Part shown: piece after piece, positions 36,466-46,030 of the stretch
How positions within the stretch are numbered: position 1 is the first letter of the stretch
Layout: each line of letters begins with the position of its first letter
Assembly: GCF_052090685.1 (NCBI RefSeq)
Contig: NZ_JBQDBE010000015.1
Location: forward strand, 3,760-67,759
Origin: Gulosibacter sp.
Lineage (GTDB): Bacteria; Actinomycetota; Actinomycetes; Actinomycetales; Microbacteriaceae
Direction: 5' to 3'
DNA: 64,000 nt
Notes under the pieces: generated by a model
The model's database searches: none
Seen by the model: only the letters and a program-made list of their open reading frames with translations
What the model was told of the DNA's origin: nothing
Program-made: the position numbers and the translations under genes

Positions 36466-37341
36466 TTAAGTCCGGCGGTCCCGCAAATCACTGTTGGCTT
36501 CCCTCATCAGCTTGGCCGCCGTTTCGGTATTACCTTTAGCCAGGTTGTGCGCATACCAACGGTAAGATCGAGCGACTTTGACTGCTGGACCGTCGGCAAT
36601 GACTCGACCGGAATCAAGCCAAATTGCTCGGCTGCACATCTCTTCGACGGTTTGTGCCGCGTGGCTAACCAGGAATACCGTCCCTGCTTTCTCCAGCATT
36701 CCGTTCATGGCCTGCTTTGAGCGCTCCATGAACGCTGCGTCGCCCGTTGAGAGAGCTTCATCAATCATGAGGATCTGAGGCTCTGCGGCTACTGAAATCG
36801 CAAATCGCAGACGTGCGCTCATGCCTGATGAGTAGGTGCGCATCGGCCGACGAATCGAATCACCGATGTCGGCCAATTCTACGATCCGTTGGCGTCGCGC
36901 ACGCGCTTCGGTGGGGCTCATCCCCATGGCTAGTAGCCCAAGTTGAATGTTCTCTTCACCTGATAAGTCAGGCATGAGCGCGGCACTGACGCCGAGCAAC
37001 TGTGGTTTTGCGGAGGTGACAACGAGTCCCTTCGTGGGTGGCTCTAGGCCCGCGAGTACGCGAAGTAACGAACTCTTTCCTGAACCATTTCTGCCGATAA
37101 GACCAATGAACTCGCCTTCTCGGGCAGCAAAAGAGATACCGCGAAGCGCTAGAAAACTAGTTTTTTGACGGAAACGAGACAGGAACCCACCGCCTCGTTT
37201 GCCGTCCTCCGAGGTTCGATAGCGGAGACGGACATTATCGGCGAGAACAGTCACTGCACCGTACTTAGACTCCGTTGGGCTCGTTTTGTTCGTTGCTTTT
37301 GTCGGCTCGACCTTACTGCTCACGGGCGTATGACTCCTCAC
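36466..37341 (-). CDS. ABC transporter ATP-binding protein, TagH/Wzt-like polysaccharide/teichoic-acid exporter
   Basis: Walker A GLIGRNGSGKSSLL, signature YSSGMSARLRFA, Walker B ILMIDEALSTGD. It is paired with an ABC-2 permease. Confidence 0.88.
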   Translation of the reverse strand: MRSHTPVSSKVEPTKATNKTSPTESKYGAVTVLADNVRLRYRTSEDGKRGGGFLSRFRQKTSFLALRGISFAAREGEFIGLIGRNGSGKSSLLRVLAGLEPPTKGLVVTSAKPQLLGVSAALMPDLSGEENIQLGLLAMGMSPTEARARRQRIVELADIGDSIRRPMRTYSSGMSARLRFAISVAAEPQILMIDEALSTGDAAFMERSKQAMNGMLEKAGTVFLVSHAAQTVEEMCSRAIWLDSGRVIADGPAVKVARSYRWYAHNLAKGNTETAAKLMREANSDLRDRRT

Positions 37342-38302
37342 CTTTCCAAAACCACACTAAGCCAAAGGCGCAAAGCCCGAACGCCCAAGCGGCTGCAGAC
37401 ATCCATGAGTCTGCTAGCGGAACCGTTCCACCGATAAGTATTGTTCTGTACATTTCCAGAATAATATAGATGGGGTTTGCCTCAATGAATAACACCGCAA
37501 CCGGAAACTCCTCGAACCGTGTTATGGGAAAAATAACTGCCGAGGTGTACATAAGTATACGTACAACGAACGAAACAGCATTCGCCATATCTGGAAAGCT
37601 AGCGCCGAAACGAGCAAAAATGAGGCCTAGGGCGAAATTTAGAATTGTCTGAAGTCCAAATACTGCTGGAACCAGTGCCCACGCGAGAGTCGGTAATTCA
37701 TGCGGAGGCCACAGTATAATTATCAGCAGCATTACCGCCATTGCAGGCAGTCGTTCAAGAATGGACCGTAGGAGTATTGCGACTATGATCGATGCGCGTG
37801 GAAAGCTGAAGGCACGAATCATTGCTCTCGAAGATCGCATTGCGGTAGTGCCACCGGAGATCGCAGCGCTCGTGAGTTGGAACATAAACACACCGATAAT
37901 TACGAATGCGACGTAATTCTCGACATCATGGCCAGCTTGAAGAACTAGGCCAAATATTGCGATGTAAAAAATGGCATCCAGAAGCGGCCTAATCACAAGC
38001 CAAGCAATGCCTAGTCGGTCTTGAGCATTACCGGTGGCGACCTTCTTTCGAGACTCGCGCCAAATGAAATGCCTTCGCTCCCAGATCTCGCGAATGTACT
38101 GTAGGAGAGAAGGGCGTCCGCCGACTTTGGTGAGGTGGCTGAGGTCTCCGTAAGCAACTTCGACCTCGAAAATGAAGTCGGAAGCTTGCATCTCTTTTCG
38201 GAGACGAAGTTCATCGCGCGACATTGATTGGGCCACATGGCGTGGCGGCTCATTCATTGGTATTTGCCGCGGCCGAGAGGGCTGCTGTTTGCTTAGTGCC
38301 AA
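37313..38302 (-). CDS. ABC-2 type permease, TagG/Wzm-like
   Basis: Six predicted TM segments. The N-terminal ...LLQYIREIWERRHFIWRESRKKVATGNAQDRLGIAWLVIRPLL is typical of ABC-2 polysaccharide exporters. It overlaps the ATPase gene by 29 nt. Confidence 0.85.
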   Translation of the reverse strand: MALSKQQPSRPRQIPMNEPPRHVAQSMSRDELRLRKEMQASDFIFEVEVAYGDLSHLTKVGGRPSLLQYIREIWERRHFIWRESRKKVATGNAQDRLGIAWLVIRPLLDAIFYIAIFGLVLQAGHDVENYVAFVIIGVFMFQLTSAAISGGTTAMRSSRAMIRAFSFPRASIIVAILLRSILERLPAMAVMLLIIILWPPHELPTLAWALVPAVFGLQTILNFALGLIFARFGASFPDMANAVSFVVRILMYTSAVIFPITRFEEFPVAVLFIEANPIYIILEMYRTILIGGTVPLADSWMSAAAWAFGLCAFGLVWFWKGEESYAREQ

Positions 38303-38481
38303 ATCTCGGTCCCTTCAACGCGTACCCGGAATCGGGCAGCGATCCGCACAATTGAGTGCGATTGCCTCCGACGGTGGAGCGATTCTGCAGTAGCTCGCTC
38401 GCATTTAGTATTTTTACACGATAGACATCATAAGCGTTGGGGCACCTTGGCTGTACTAGCGCCGCAAACGTTCGTTGCCGG

Positions 38482-38509
38482 AGTAGACTATCCGCAGTTT
38501 TCCCGTGCC
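38482..38509 (+). promoter_or_regulatory. Conserved upstream block with TAnnnT -10-like hexamer (tagact), paralogous to 44721-44748
   Basis: agtagactatccgcagttttcccgtgcc aligns with agtaggctaagcgctgtttccatgtgcc. Both lie 46-47 nt upstream of paralogous start codons. Confidence 0.3.
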
Positions 38510-38527
38510 CCGCCAGGAAGGTAATGC

Positions 38528-39757
38528 GTGCGCATCCTCTTATTAACGCACTACTTCTCTCCCGAGAACGGCGCCCCCCAGCGTCGATGGGATGCGATCA
38601 TCCGCGAGTTCGTCGCGGCAGGCCACGAGGTCCGTGTGTTTTGTCCGCCACCACATCACCCTTCGGGGACGGTGTCGAAGCGATATCGCCGCCACTACCG
38701 TACCGGCAGCGCGGATCGTGATTCCAGCGGAGCGATCGTGCACCGTGTCGGGTATCTGCCGCATCGCGGCGATATCGTGACTCGCTCACTCGACCACCTC
38801 GTGTCAGCTTTCACCTCGATAGCGCGAGGTAGTCATCTCATCCGCGCGAAGAAGTTTGTCCCTGACGTCATTATCGCCACGGCGCCAGCCATCCCAACGC
38901 TGATTGCAGGCACAAGCCTCGCCAGACGATTCCACATCCCCCTCGTAGTCGAAATGCGCGACGCGTGGCCGGATCTCGTCACCCACATTTCGGGTCTCGC
39001 TGACCGCGGCGGGCCCGTGAGCTTCGTGAAGAAGATCATCCACCGCTGGGTGACCGGGCTGCAAGGTGCGGCCAACCAAATCGTGACCACTACAGACGCG
39101 TTCGCAGAGATCCTCAAAGACCGTGGGATGAGTCGTGTGGCGGTCATTCGTAATGGCGCCGATGCTGAACGGTTTGCCAACATCGCGCCGCTTGACACAC
39201 AACATACTGCCCTTCGGGCGCTCTATCTTGGCACCATTGGCCGCAGCCAAGGCCTCGACATCGTGGTGAGGGCTGCCCATCAACTGTTGGTTCGAGGCGT
39301 GGACGTGCAGGTCCGCATCATCGGAGAGGGACACGCGCTTCCCGCACTCATCGAACTCAACGAATCACTGGGGTCGCCAGTGGAAATTCTTCCGGCGATC
39401 GATCCCGCCGAGGTTATAACGCAATACGAATGGGCCGACACCACGATCGCCACGCTCCGCGACTGGCAACCATTCGATTGGACAGTGCCGTCGAAGCTAT
39501 ATGAGCTGCTTTCGACGGGACGTCACGTCACGGCTATCTTGGCGGGAGAAGGGGCTGAAATCTTGTCTCAGGCAAAGGTCGGGAATGTGATCGCGCCTGG
39601 TGACGTTGACGCAGTAATAGCGCTGTGGACACAACTTGCCGATGATCGGATGTGTCTCGACGTCGGTGATTCCGGGCGAGAGTGGGCACGTGAACACGTC
39701 TCGTTCGCTAAACTCGCAGCGAAGTACCAAGCAGTTCTCGCAGGCATAGCAAATTAA
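38528..39757 (+). CDS. GT4-family glycosyltransferase (WbuB-like), paralog A1
   Basis: MRILLLTHYFSPENGAPQRRW...IIATAPAIPTL...VVEMRDAWPDL...YLGTIGRSQGLD...VPSKLYELLSTGRHV. Confidence 0.85.
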   Translation: MRILLLTHYFSPENGAPQRRWDAIIREFVAAGHEVRVFCPPPHHPSGTVSKRYRRHYRTGSADRDSSGAIVHRVGYLPHRGDIVTRSLDHLVSAFTSIARGSHLIRAKKFVPDVIIATAPAIPTLIAGTSLARRFHIPLVVEMRDAWPDLVTHISGLADRGGPVSFVKKIIHRWVTGLQGAANQIVTTTDAFAEILKDRGMSRVAVIRNGADAERFANIAPLDTQHTALRALYLGTIGRSQGLDIVVRAAHQLLVRGVDVQVRIIGEGHALPALIELNESLGSPVEILPAIDPAEVITQYEWADTTIATLRDWQPFDWTVPSKLYELLSTGRHVTAILAGEGAEILSQAKVGNVIAPGDVDAVIALWTQLADDRMCLDVGDSGREWAREHVSFAKLAAKYQAVLAGIAN

Positions 39758-39855
39758 CGGCCTCGAAATTGGTCATGATTTCGACGCTGTGTCTGTGCCT
39801 AGGGTACCGCCAGCTTGTCCGAGGGTGGTGCGAATGAACAATACGGAAGGTAATA

Positions 39856-41118
39856 ATGACATCAGAAGTTTCTGAAGCGGTGTTTGAGACGGTGAGCGTC
39901 ATCGGGTTGGGGTACATCGGCCTACCGACTGCCGCATTTATTGCCTCGCGAGGCCCGAATGTAATCGGCGTAGACGTCAACGAGAAATTCGTACAGCGCA
40001 TTAACGCGGGCGAAGTGCCGTTCTACGAACCAGACTTCGAGTCACTTCTGTCCGGTGTCGTTGCCAAAGGTAAGCTCACCGCGCAGACCAGCACCCCGGC
40101 GGCCGACGCATACATCGTTGCCGTACCCACGCCCTTCAAAGATGACTACGCCGTTGACACGAAGTACATCCAGGCGGCGGGAAGCAAGATTGCCGAACAA
40201 CTCAAGGGCGGCGAATTGATCGTTCTGGAGTCGACTTCGCCACCAGGAACCACCGAGAAGCTCGCAGAGCTCGTTTTGGCAGAGCGCCCCGATCTCACCC
40301 TGGAACAAGGGCACGACAACACAGTGCACTTCGCGCACTGCCCGGAGCGTGTGCTCCCCGGTCGCATCATGGCAGAAATGTCGGCCAACGACCGCGTAAT
40401 CGGTGGGGTCACACCGCGAGCCGCCGAGCTTGCTCGCGACCTGTACGCAACGTTCTGCGACGGCGAGCTGCTGCTGACGAATGCCCGCACTGCGGAAATG
40501 GCCAAGCTCACCGAGAACTCCTTCCGGGACGTGAATATCGCCTTTGCCAACGAACTGTCGATCATTGCTGAGCGCCTCGATATTGATGTGTGGGAGCTCA
40601 TCGAGCTTGCCAACCACCACCCGCGCGTGAACATTCTGCAGCCGGGCCCCGGCGTGGGTGGTCACTGCATCGCTGTCGACCCATGGTTCATTGTGAATGC
40701 GGCCCCGGAAGAAGCACGCCTGATTCGTACCGCACGCGAAGTGAATGACGGCAAACCGGTACACGTCCTCGACAAAGTTGAAGCACTTGCCGGTCGATTC
40801 AAAGCACCGGTGGTTGCTGCACTCGGCATCGCGTTCAAAGCGAACATCGATGACCTACGCGAGTCACCCTCGCTCAACATCGTCGACCAACTCGCCGACC
40901 ACGTGAAGGATGTCGACATTCGCGTTGTCGAACCAAACGTGGACGAACTACCCGAGCAGCTGACCCGACACTCGAACATCCGCAAGCAGGGCGTTGTCGA
41001 GGCGGTCCAGGATGCCGACATCGTGCTCCTGCTCGTCGACCACGATGAATTCAAAGGGCTCGACCGTGACCTGCTCAAGGAGAAGATCATTGTGGACACC
41101 AAGGGTGTCTGGCGATAA
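39856..41118 (+). CDS. wecC: UDP-N-acetyl-D-mannosamine dehydrogenase
   Basis: VSVIGLGYIGLPTAAFIASRG (Rossmann)...TAEMAKLTENSFRDVNIAFANE...GVGGHCIAVDPWF...FKANIDDLRESP. Confidence 0.85.
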   Translation: MTSEVSEAVFETVSVIGLGYIGLPTAAFIASRGPNVIGVDVNEKFVQRINAGEVPFYEPDFESLLSGVVAKGKLTAQTSTPAADAYIVAVPTPFKDDYAVDTKYIQAAGSKIAEQLKGGELIVLESTSPPGTTEKLAELVLAERPDLTLEQGHDNTVHFAHCPERVLPGRIMAEMSANDRVIGGVTPRAAELARDLYATFCDGELLLTNARTAEMAKLTENSFRDVNIAFANELSIIAERLDIDVWELIELANHHPRVNILQPGPGVGGHCIAVDPWFIVNAAPEEARLIRTAREVNDGKPVHVLDKVEALAGRFKAPVVAALGIAFKANIDDLRESPSLNIVDQLADHVKDVDIRVVEPNVDELPEQLTRHSNIRKQGVVEAVQDADIVLLLVDHDEFKGLDRDLLKEKIIVDTKGVWR

Positions 41119-41144
41119 CGGAGCACTGAATTAGACTCTGAGTC

Positions 41145-42971
41145 GTGGCAATCACACTGCGGAGACCCTGGTCGGCGAACCTTTCGCTGATCGTGCAGTC
41201 GTTGTCCGGCCACATCGTCGATGACCCCTTCCTACTTTCCTTTCAACTAGCCCGGCGACTACCAGGCGGGGCACGCCTGGTATTGGGCCGGGCACTCACG
41301 TCCTTTCGAGTGCGCGGCCCTCGCGGCGTGAACGCGCTCGGCTACGAACTCGTTGGGAACCACGAAGAAGCCCGCACGGTGCTCCGAATCCTGGCGCGGC
41401 GAATCCTCGATCGCGATATTCCTCGCGCACGAACGCGCTATGTGCCGTACGTTGCCGATGTAGCGATATCGATCGGTCAGCTGGATATTGCCGAGCGTTT
41501 GCTCGAGGCCGTCCCGAAAACGCGCCGTGGCGCATCCTGGTACGCCACGGCATCCCGCCTCGCACTCGACACCGGCGACCTCGACGCGGCAGTGTCGATC
41601 GCCTCACGGCACCCGGTCAATGATTCGCTCGCGCGACGGATGATCGGCGAACGAGAAGCGTTTAGCGACTTCGTGCCGACCGTGCCCCGCGAGCATGGTT
41701 ACACTCCGCATCCTGGCCGGGTGCTACACGTTCTCACGAACTCACTGCCGCACACCAAAAGCGGTTATGCGCAGCGAACCCAATCGATCCTGCGTTCGCT
41801 CGTCAGCCAAGATCGCGAAGTGCGCGCCGTCACACGCCCCGGGTACCCCGCGCAGGTCGGCGTGCTGTGGTCGAAATGCGTCGACCAGATTGACGGGATT
41901 CCGTATGTCAGGCTCACGCCGCGCCGACTCGCGACAGGGCTCGACAACAAGGTGCAACAGCATGCCGAGATGCTCGCCGAACAGGTACGCGAGTTCCGAC
42001 CCGAGGTGCTGCACACGACAACGCACTTCACGAACGCGCTGGCGGTGCGCGCGGTCGCGGAAGCCTTCGGGATTCCTTGGGTCTATGAAATACGTGGACT
42101 GCTCGCCGACACCTGGGCGTCGAACCGTGGCGCAGCTGCAACGAGGTCGCAGCGCTACCAGCGCTTCGTCGCACGAGAGCTCGAAGTCGCCAAAGACGCG
42201 GATGCTGTGGTCACGCTGGGTTTCAACATGGTCCAACGGCTTGTGAAAGCGGGCATCGACGCCGATAAAATCTCGCTGAGCCCGAACGCCGTCGACGGCG
42301 CATTCTTGGCACCCGCGCCGACCCGCAACGCCGCGCGCAAGGCCCTCGGTATTGTCCAGGACGCGCTGTATATCGGCACCGTATCGAGCCTCGTCGAATA
42401 CGAGGGTATCGAGTACCTGCTTGAGGCTGCCGCGCGTCTTGCACCCGAGTTTCCGAAACTCCGAGTGCGCATCGCTGGTGATGGTGTGTCATTACCGGGG
42501 TTGCAGCTACTCGCCGAGCGCCTCGGGATCTCGGATATTTGCGAGTTCCCCGGACGAGTGGACCACTCCCAGGCGATCTGGAATCACGCGGCCCTCGACG
42601 TGTTCGTTGCCCCGAGACTCGACCGTCTCGTTACTCGTAACGTCACACCGATGAAGACCATCGAAGCCTCGGCAGTTGCGCGACCCGTGGTCGCATCCCG
42701 CTTACCAGCGCTCGAAGAACTCGTGATCCACCGTGAGACCGGGATGCTCTTTGAAGCTGAGAACATTGATTCCTTGACCGAGGCGCTCGCCGAGATTCTG
42801 CGCGATGAAGCACTGCGCGACCGTCTCGGTGCAGCTGCCCGCGAATGGGCGCTCGAAACTCGCACGTGGGCGGCGAACGCGAAGACCTATGCCGAGATTT
42901 ACTCACGGGTGCTTACTCGGGAACCGGTCGACGGGATCGATGCGGTCGGGGATGATATCGATAGCGAATAG
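41145..42971 (+). CDS. GT4-family glycosyltransferase with ~190-aa helical N-terminal extension, paralog B1
   Basis: VLHVLTNSLPHTKSGYAQRTQSIL...HTTTHFTNALA...RIAGDGVSLPGL...TPMKTIEASAVARPVVASRLPALEELV..ETGMLF. Confidence 0.8.
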   Translation: MAITLRRPWSANLSLIVQSLSGHIVDDPFLLSFQLARRLPGGARLVLGRALTSFRVRGPRGVNALGYELVGNHEEARTVLRILARRILDRDIPRARTRYVPYVADVAISIGQLDIAERLLEAVPKTRRGASWYATASRLALDTGDLDAAVSIASRHPVNDSLARRMIGEREAFSDFVPTVPREHGYTPHPGRVLHVLTNSLPHTKSGYAQRTQSILRSLVSQDREVRAVTRPGYPAQVGVLWSKCVDQIDGIPYVRLTPRRLATGLDNKVQQHAEMLAEQVREFRPEVLHTTTHFTNALAVRAVAEAFGIPWVYEIRGLLADTWASNRGAAATRSQRYQRFVARELEVAKDADAVVTLGFNMVQRLVKAGIDADKISLSPNAVDGAFLAPAPTRNAARKALGIVQDALYIGTVSSLVEYEGIEYLLEAAARLAPEFPKLRVRIAGDGVSLPGLQLLAERLGISDICEFPGRVDHSQAIWNHAALDVFVAPRLDRLVTRNVTPMKTIEASAVARPVVASRLPALEELVIHRETGMLFEAENIDSLTEALAEILRDEALRDRLGAAAREWALETRTWAANAKTYAEIYSRVLTREPVDGIDAVGDDIDSE

Positions 42972-42996
42972 GTTTGGGCGAACTCGGTAGCCCCGT

Positions 42997-44652
42997 CTAG
43001 CGCTTCAGGACGATCCCGCGCTCCGGGTCGAGCAGCAGCTTCCCGAGCCTTGAGGCGCCGGTAATGACCCGAGTGTTGCGATTCCACAGGGGACCGCGCT
43101 TCAACAACGCCGGCGTTGAATCATTGGTGCCGACACCGAACTTGAACACCGTGACGAATTCGCCGTCGGGACCGTGATCCATGTATTGGATTGATGCATT
43201 GGGAGCCATTTCGTACATGGTTTCCGTTGCGCCAAGCGGCGCTCCCTCTTGATCGGCATTAATCACGGTCATCGAACTCGTCGGGATGAGATTCACTGCG
43301 TTAAACGCCACTGGCCCGTCGCCGCGGATCAGCTGGCCGGTTGCGTCGAGTCGCGTTTCGCCAGGGAGAAGCCAGCGCTGCTCAATTTCGGTCTGCCCTT
43401 CCGACTGCACCCGGTCCCAAACCACCATGATGTCGGGACCGAATTCGAAGCTTACGCTTCGGGTCAGATACGTGCCCTCGACCGGGTTGGCGGTCATTGT
43501 GTATGACCGCCAATCCGCGGAGCAGTCCTCATACGTCAACGTACTGGGGTGACCGGTGCTCTTTTTCCGACGCGTATGCGCGATGAAGGTGCTGTGCGCC
43601 GAGGGGGAGCGCAGCCACATCCGATTATCATCATCGGTGTAGCCGTGAAATCCACCGTCTTTGATCATCTCGACACCGCCTGTGACGAAGCGAATAGAGA
43701 GGTGATCGAGGTGGCCGTGAATCTGACGCGGTTGTCCGAACCGCAGTGAATATGCAGACTCCTCATTGAACGGTCGATCATCGCCCCATCCCGAACGGCC
43801 GAACGCATAGCCATTGGTGTACGACTTGAACAACTCCTGGGGCTTCGGCCCAGACTCACCTGCCGTCGCGGCGTACTCGGCAACGGTTCTAAGGATGGAT
43901 TTCGCCGGTTGATGAGGAGTGTCGCCTATTTCGAACCACGTGCCGTCGGGGCGGGTTGCGTGCGCCAAAAACGTCGGCATTGCCTCGAGGCGAGCATTGA
44001 GTCGCGCCTTGATGGCATCCGAGAGCTCACCGTCACCCAAAAACGGGAGGTATTTTTGTATCTGCACAAAATTGAAGTGGTGATAGTGAACGGCCTGCTC
44101 GACGGTCACCCCTTCGTCATCCACGGTGCTGAGGATTGACACTTCCAGCCGCTTGAGGCCGAGTCGAGCGGCCTCTTCGTCGTCGAGATATCGACCCACA
44201 CTAATGAGCGCCTTGTCCTGGTCCACGCCGTGGTTCCAGTTTCCGGCGTAGTTTTCTTCGGCGGCCAAGAACTCGAGGTGTTCTCGCAGGTGGGGTCGCA
44301 GCCACGTGTCGTCCGAAACGCGCTCGGCCGCGGTCACCAAGACTTCGGTGCGAAGCGCTACCGCGTGTGCATCCCAGGCACGAGAGTTCTTTGGGTTCTC
44401 TTGCGGATTGTGCTCGAACCAGTCCGTGAGAATCTCGGTGACGACGGCCTCATCAGATTCGCTCAGTGGATTTGAAACGCAGACGATTCTCACGAATCCC
44501 AAGCAAGCCATCCACCATTTAAACGACTCGGGGGCGTCCGCGAACTCGTCGTAATCGATGCCGCCCTGCCACGGGAATGGATCAATATTGTACTTCGCAG
44601 GGGTAGGGACCAACCCGCCGCGAAACATCCGACGCTGACTCTTACGATCCAC
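42997..44652 (-). CDS. Heparinase II/III-like family protein, no signal peptide
   Basis: ...RAWDAHAVALRTEVL...NWNHGVDQDKALI...HGHLDHLSIRF...WLRSPSAHST... The N-terminus MDRKSQRRMFRGGLVPTPAKY has no hydrophobic leader. Confidence 0.7.
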   Translation of the reverse strand: MDRKSQRRMFRGGLVPTPAKYNIDPFPWQGGIDYDEFADAPESFKWWMACLGFVRIVCVSNPLSESDEAVVTEILTDWFEHNPQENPKNSRAWDAHAVALRTEVLVTAAERVSDDTWLRPHLREHLEFLAAEENYAGNWNHGVDQDKALISVGRYLDDEEAARLGLKRLEVSILSTVDDEGVTVEQAVHYHHFNFVQIQKYLPFLGDGELSDAIKARLNARLEAMPTFLAHATRPDGTWFEIGDTPHQPAKSILRTVAEYAATAGESGPKPQELFKSYTNGYAFGRSGWGDDRPFNEESAYSLRFGQPRQIHGHLDHLSIRFVTGGVEMIKDGGFHGYTDDDNRMWLRSPSAHSTFIAHTRRKKSTGHPSTLTYEDCSADWRSYTMTANPVEGTYLTRSVSFEFGPDIMVVWDRVQSEGQTEIEQRWLLPGETRLDATGQLIRGDGPVAFNAVNLIPTSSMTVINADQEGAPLGATETMYEMAPNASIQYMDHGPDGEFVTVFKFGVGTNDSTPALLKRGPLWNRNTRVITGASRLGKLLLDPERGIVLKR

Positions 44653-44720
44653 TTATTCTGCTCCTGACGGGTCCTGCGGGGTAAACAGCGAATGCTACTC
44701 AGGGTGCCTGATCGCGCCCT

Positions 44721-44748
44721 AGTAGGCTAAGCGCTGTTTCCATGTGCC
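44721..44748 (+). promoter_or_regulatory. Conserved upstream block (taggct -10-like), paralog of 38482-38509
   Basis: See 38482-38509. Confidence 0.3.
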
Positions 44749-44767
44749 ATGATTCGAAAGGCCGTCG

Positions 44768-46030
44768 GTGCGAGTTCTACTGCTCACTCACTACTTTGTT
44801 CCCGAGACGGGGGCCCCGCAAAAGCGATGGGATGCGCTCATCCGCGAATTCGTGGCTGCCGGGCACGAGGTAGCAGTGCTGTGCCCACCGCCTCACCACC
44901 CAAATGGCCGGGTCGAAGAACGATTCCACCGCTATTATGCGCCGGGATCCTCCGACCGAGCAGATAACGGTGCGGCGGTGTATCGCGTCGGCTTGCTTCG
45001 CCACGGCGGCGATATTGTCACCCGCTCCCTCGACCACCTCTTTGCCGCGCAGCGCATGATTACACGCGGCGGCAGGCTCATTCGTACAGGCCGGGTGCGC
45101 CCGGATGTGATCATCGCGACGGCGCCGGCGGTACCCACACTGCTTGCCGGACAGTGGCTCGCCAAGCGGTTTCGCATTCCCTATGTGGTCGAGATGCGGG
45201 ATGCGTGGCCCGATCTCATTACGCACGTCGAAGGCATGGGAACGAGTAACGTCGCGGTGTCGTTTGCGAAGCGTGCGATTCACTCGGGAGTGACCTGGCT
45301 GCAGCGTTCCGCCGACCGGGTCGTGTCAACGACGAAGACATTCGCGGGCGTGCTCGAAAGCCGTGGGATACGAAACGTCGCGGTGGTGCGCAATGGCTCG
45401 GATGCCCGCGCGATGCGGGCGATGCCGTCTGCATCCGATAATCACACGGAATTGCGGGCGCTCTATATCGGCACCATGGGCCGGAGCCAAGGCCTCGAGA
45501 TGATCGTGCGCGCGACGGCAAAGCTTAATCGACAAGGCGTCCCGGTCGACGTAAGACTCGTAGGGGAGGGGCACGATCGTGAGGGTCTCGTCGATCTGAA
45601 CAAGTCACTCGGCAATCCCGTGACAATTCTCGACGCCGTCCCACGCGACGAGGTTGCGCAACACTATGCGTGGGCGGACACGACGATCGCGTCATTGCGT
45701 GACTGGGAGCCTTTCACCTGGACGGTTCCTTCCAAGCTGTATGAGCTCTTGTCCACCGGGCGTCACGTCACCGGCATCCTCAGCGGCGAAAGCGCCGAAT
45801 TACTCTTTGAAGCCGGAGGCGGTGACGTTGTCGCGCCCGGCAATGAACAACAACTCATTGAACTGTGGCGCGACCTCGCGACTCACCGCGACCGGTTGGA
45901 AGTCGGCGACTCTGGCCGTGTTTGGGTGACGAACAATGTGCAGTTCGACGACCTCGCGGCGTCGTACCTGGAAGTCCTCGAACGCGTTGTTCACGGTGAA
46001 AACGAGTCGCAACGAGAGGAATCGCGATGA
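44768..46030 (+). CDS. GT4-family glycosyltransferase (WbuB-like), paralog A2
   Basis: MRVLLLTHYFVPETGAPQKRW... is collinear with 38528-39757. Well over half of residues are identical by eye. Confidence 0.85.
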   Translation: MRVLLLTHYFVPETGAPQKRWDALIREFVAAGHEVAVLCPPPHHPNGRVEERFHRYYAPGSSDRADNGAAVYRVGLLRHGGDIVTRSLDHLFAAQRMITRGGRLIRTGRVRPDVIIATAPAVPTLLAGQWLAKRFRIPYVVEMRDAWPDLITHVEGMGTSNVAVSFAKRAIHSGVTWLQRSADRVVSTTKTFAGVLESRGIRNVAVVRNGSDARAMRAMPSASDNHTELRALYIGTMGRSQGLEMIVRATAKLNRQGVPVDVRLVGEGHDREGLVDLNKSLGNPVTILDAVPRDEVAQHYAWADTTIASLRDWEPFTWTVPSKLYELLSTGRHVTGILSGESAELLFEAGGGDVVAPGNEQQLIELWRDLATHRDRLEVGDSGRVWVTNNVQFDDLAASYLEVLERVVHGENESQREESR

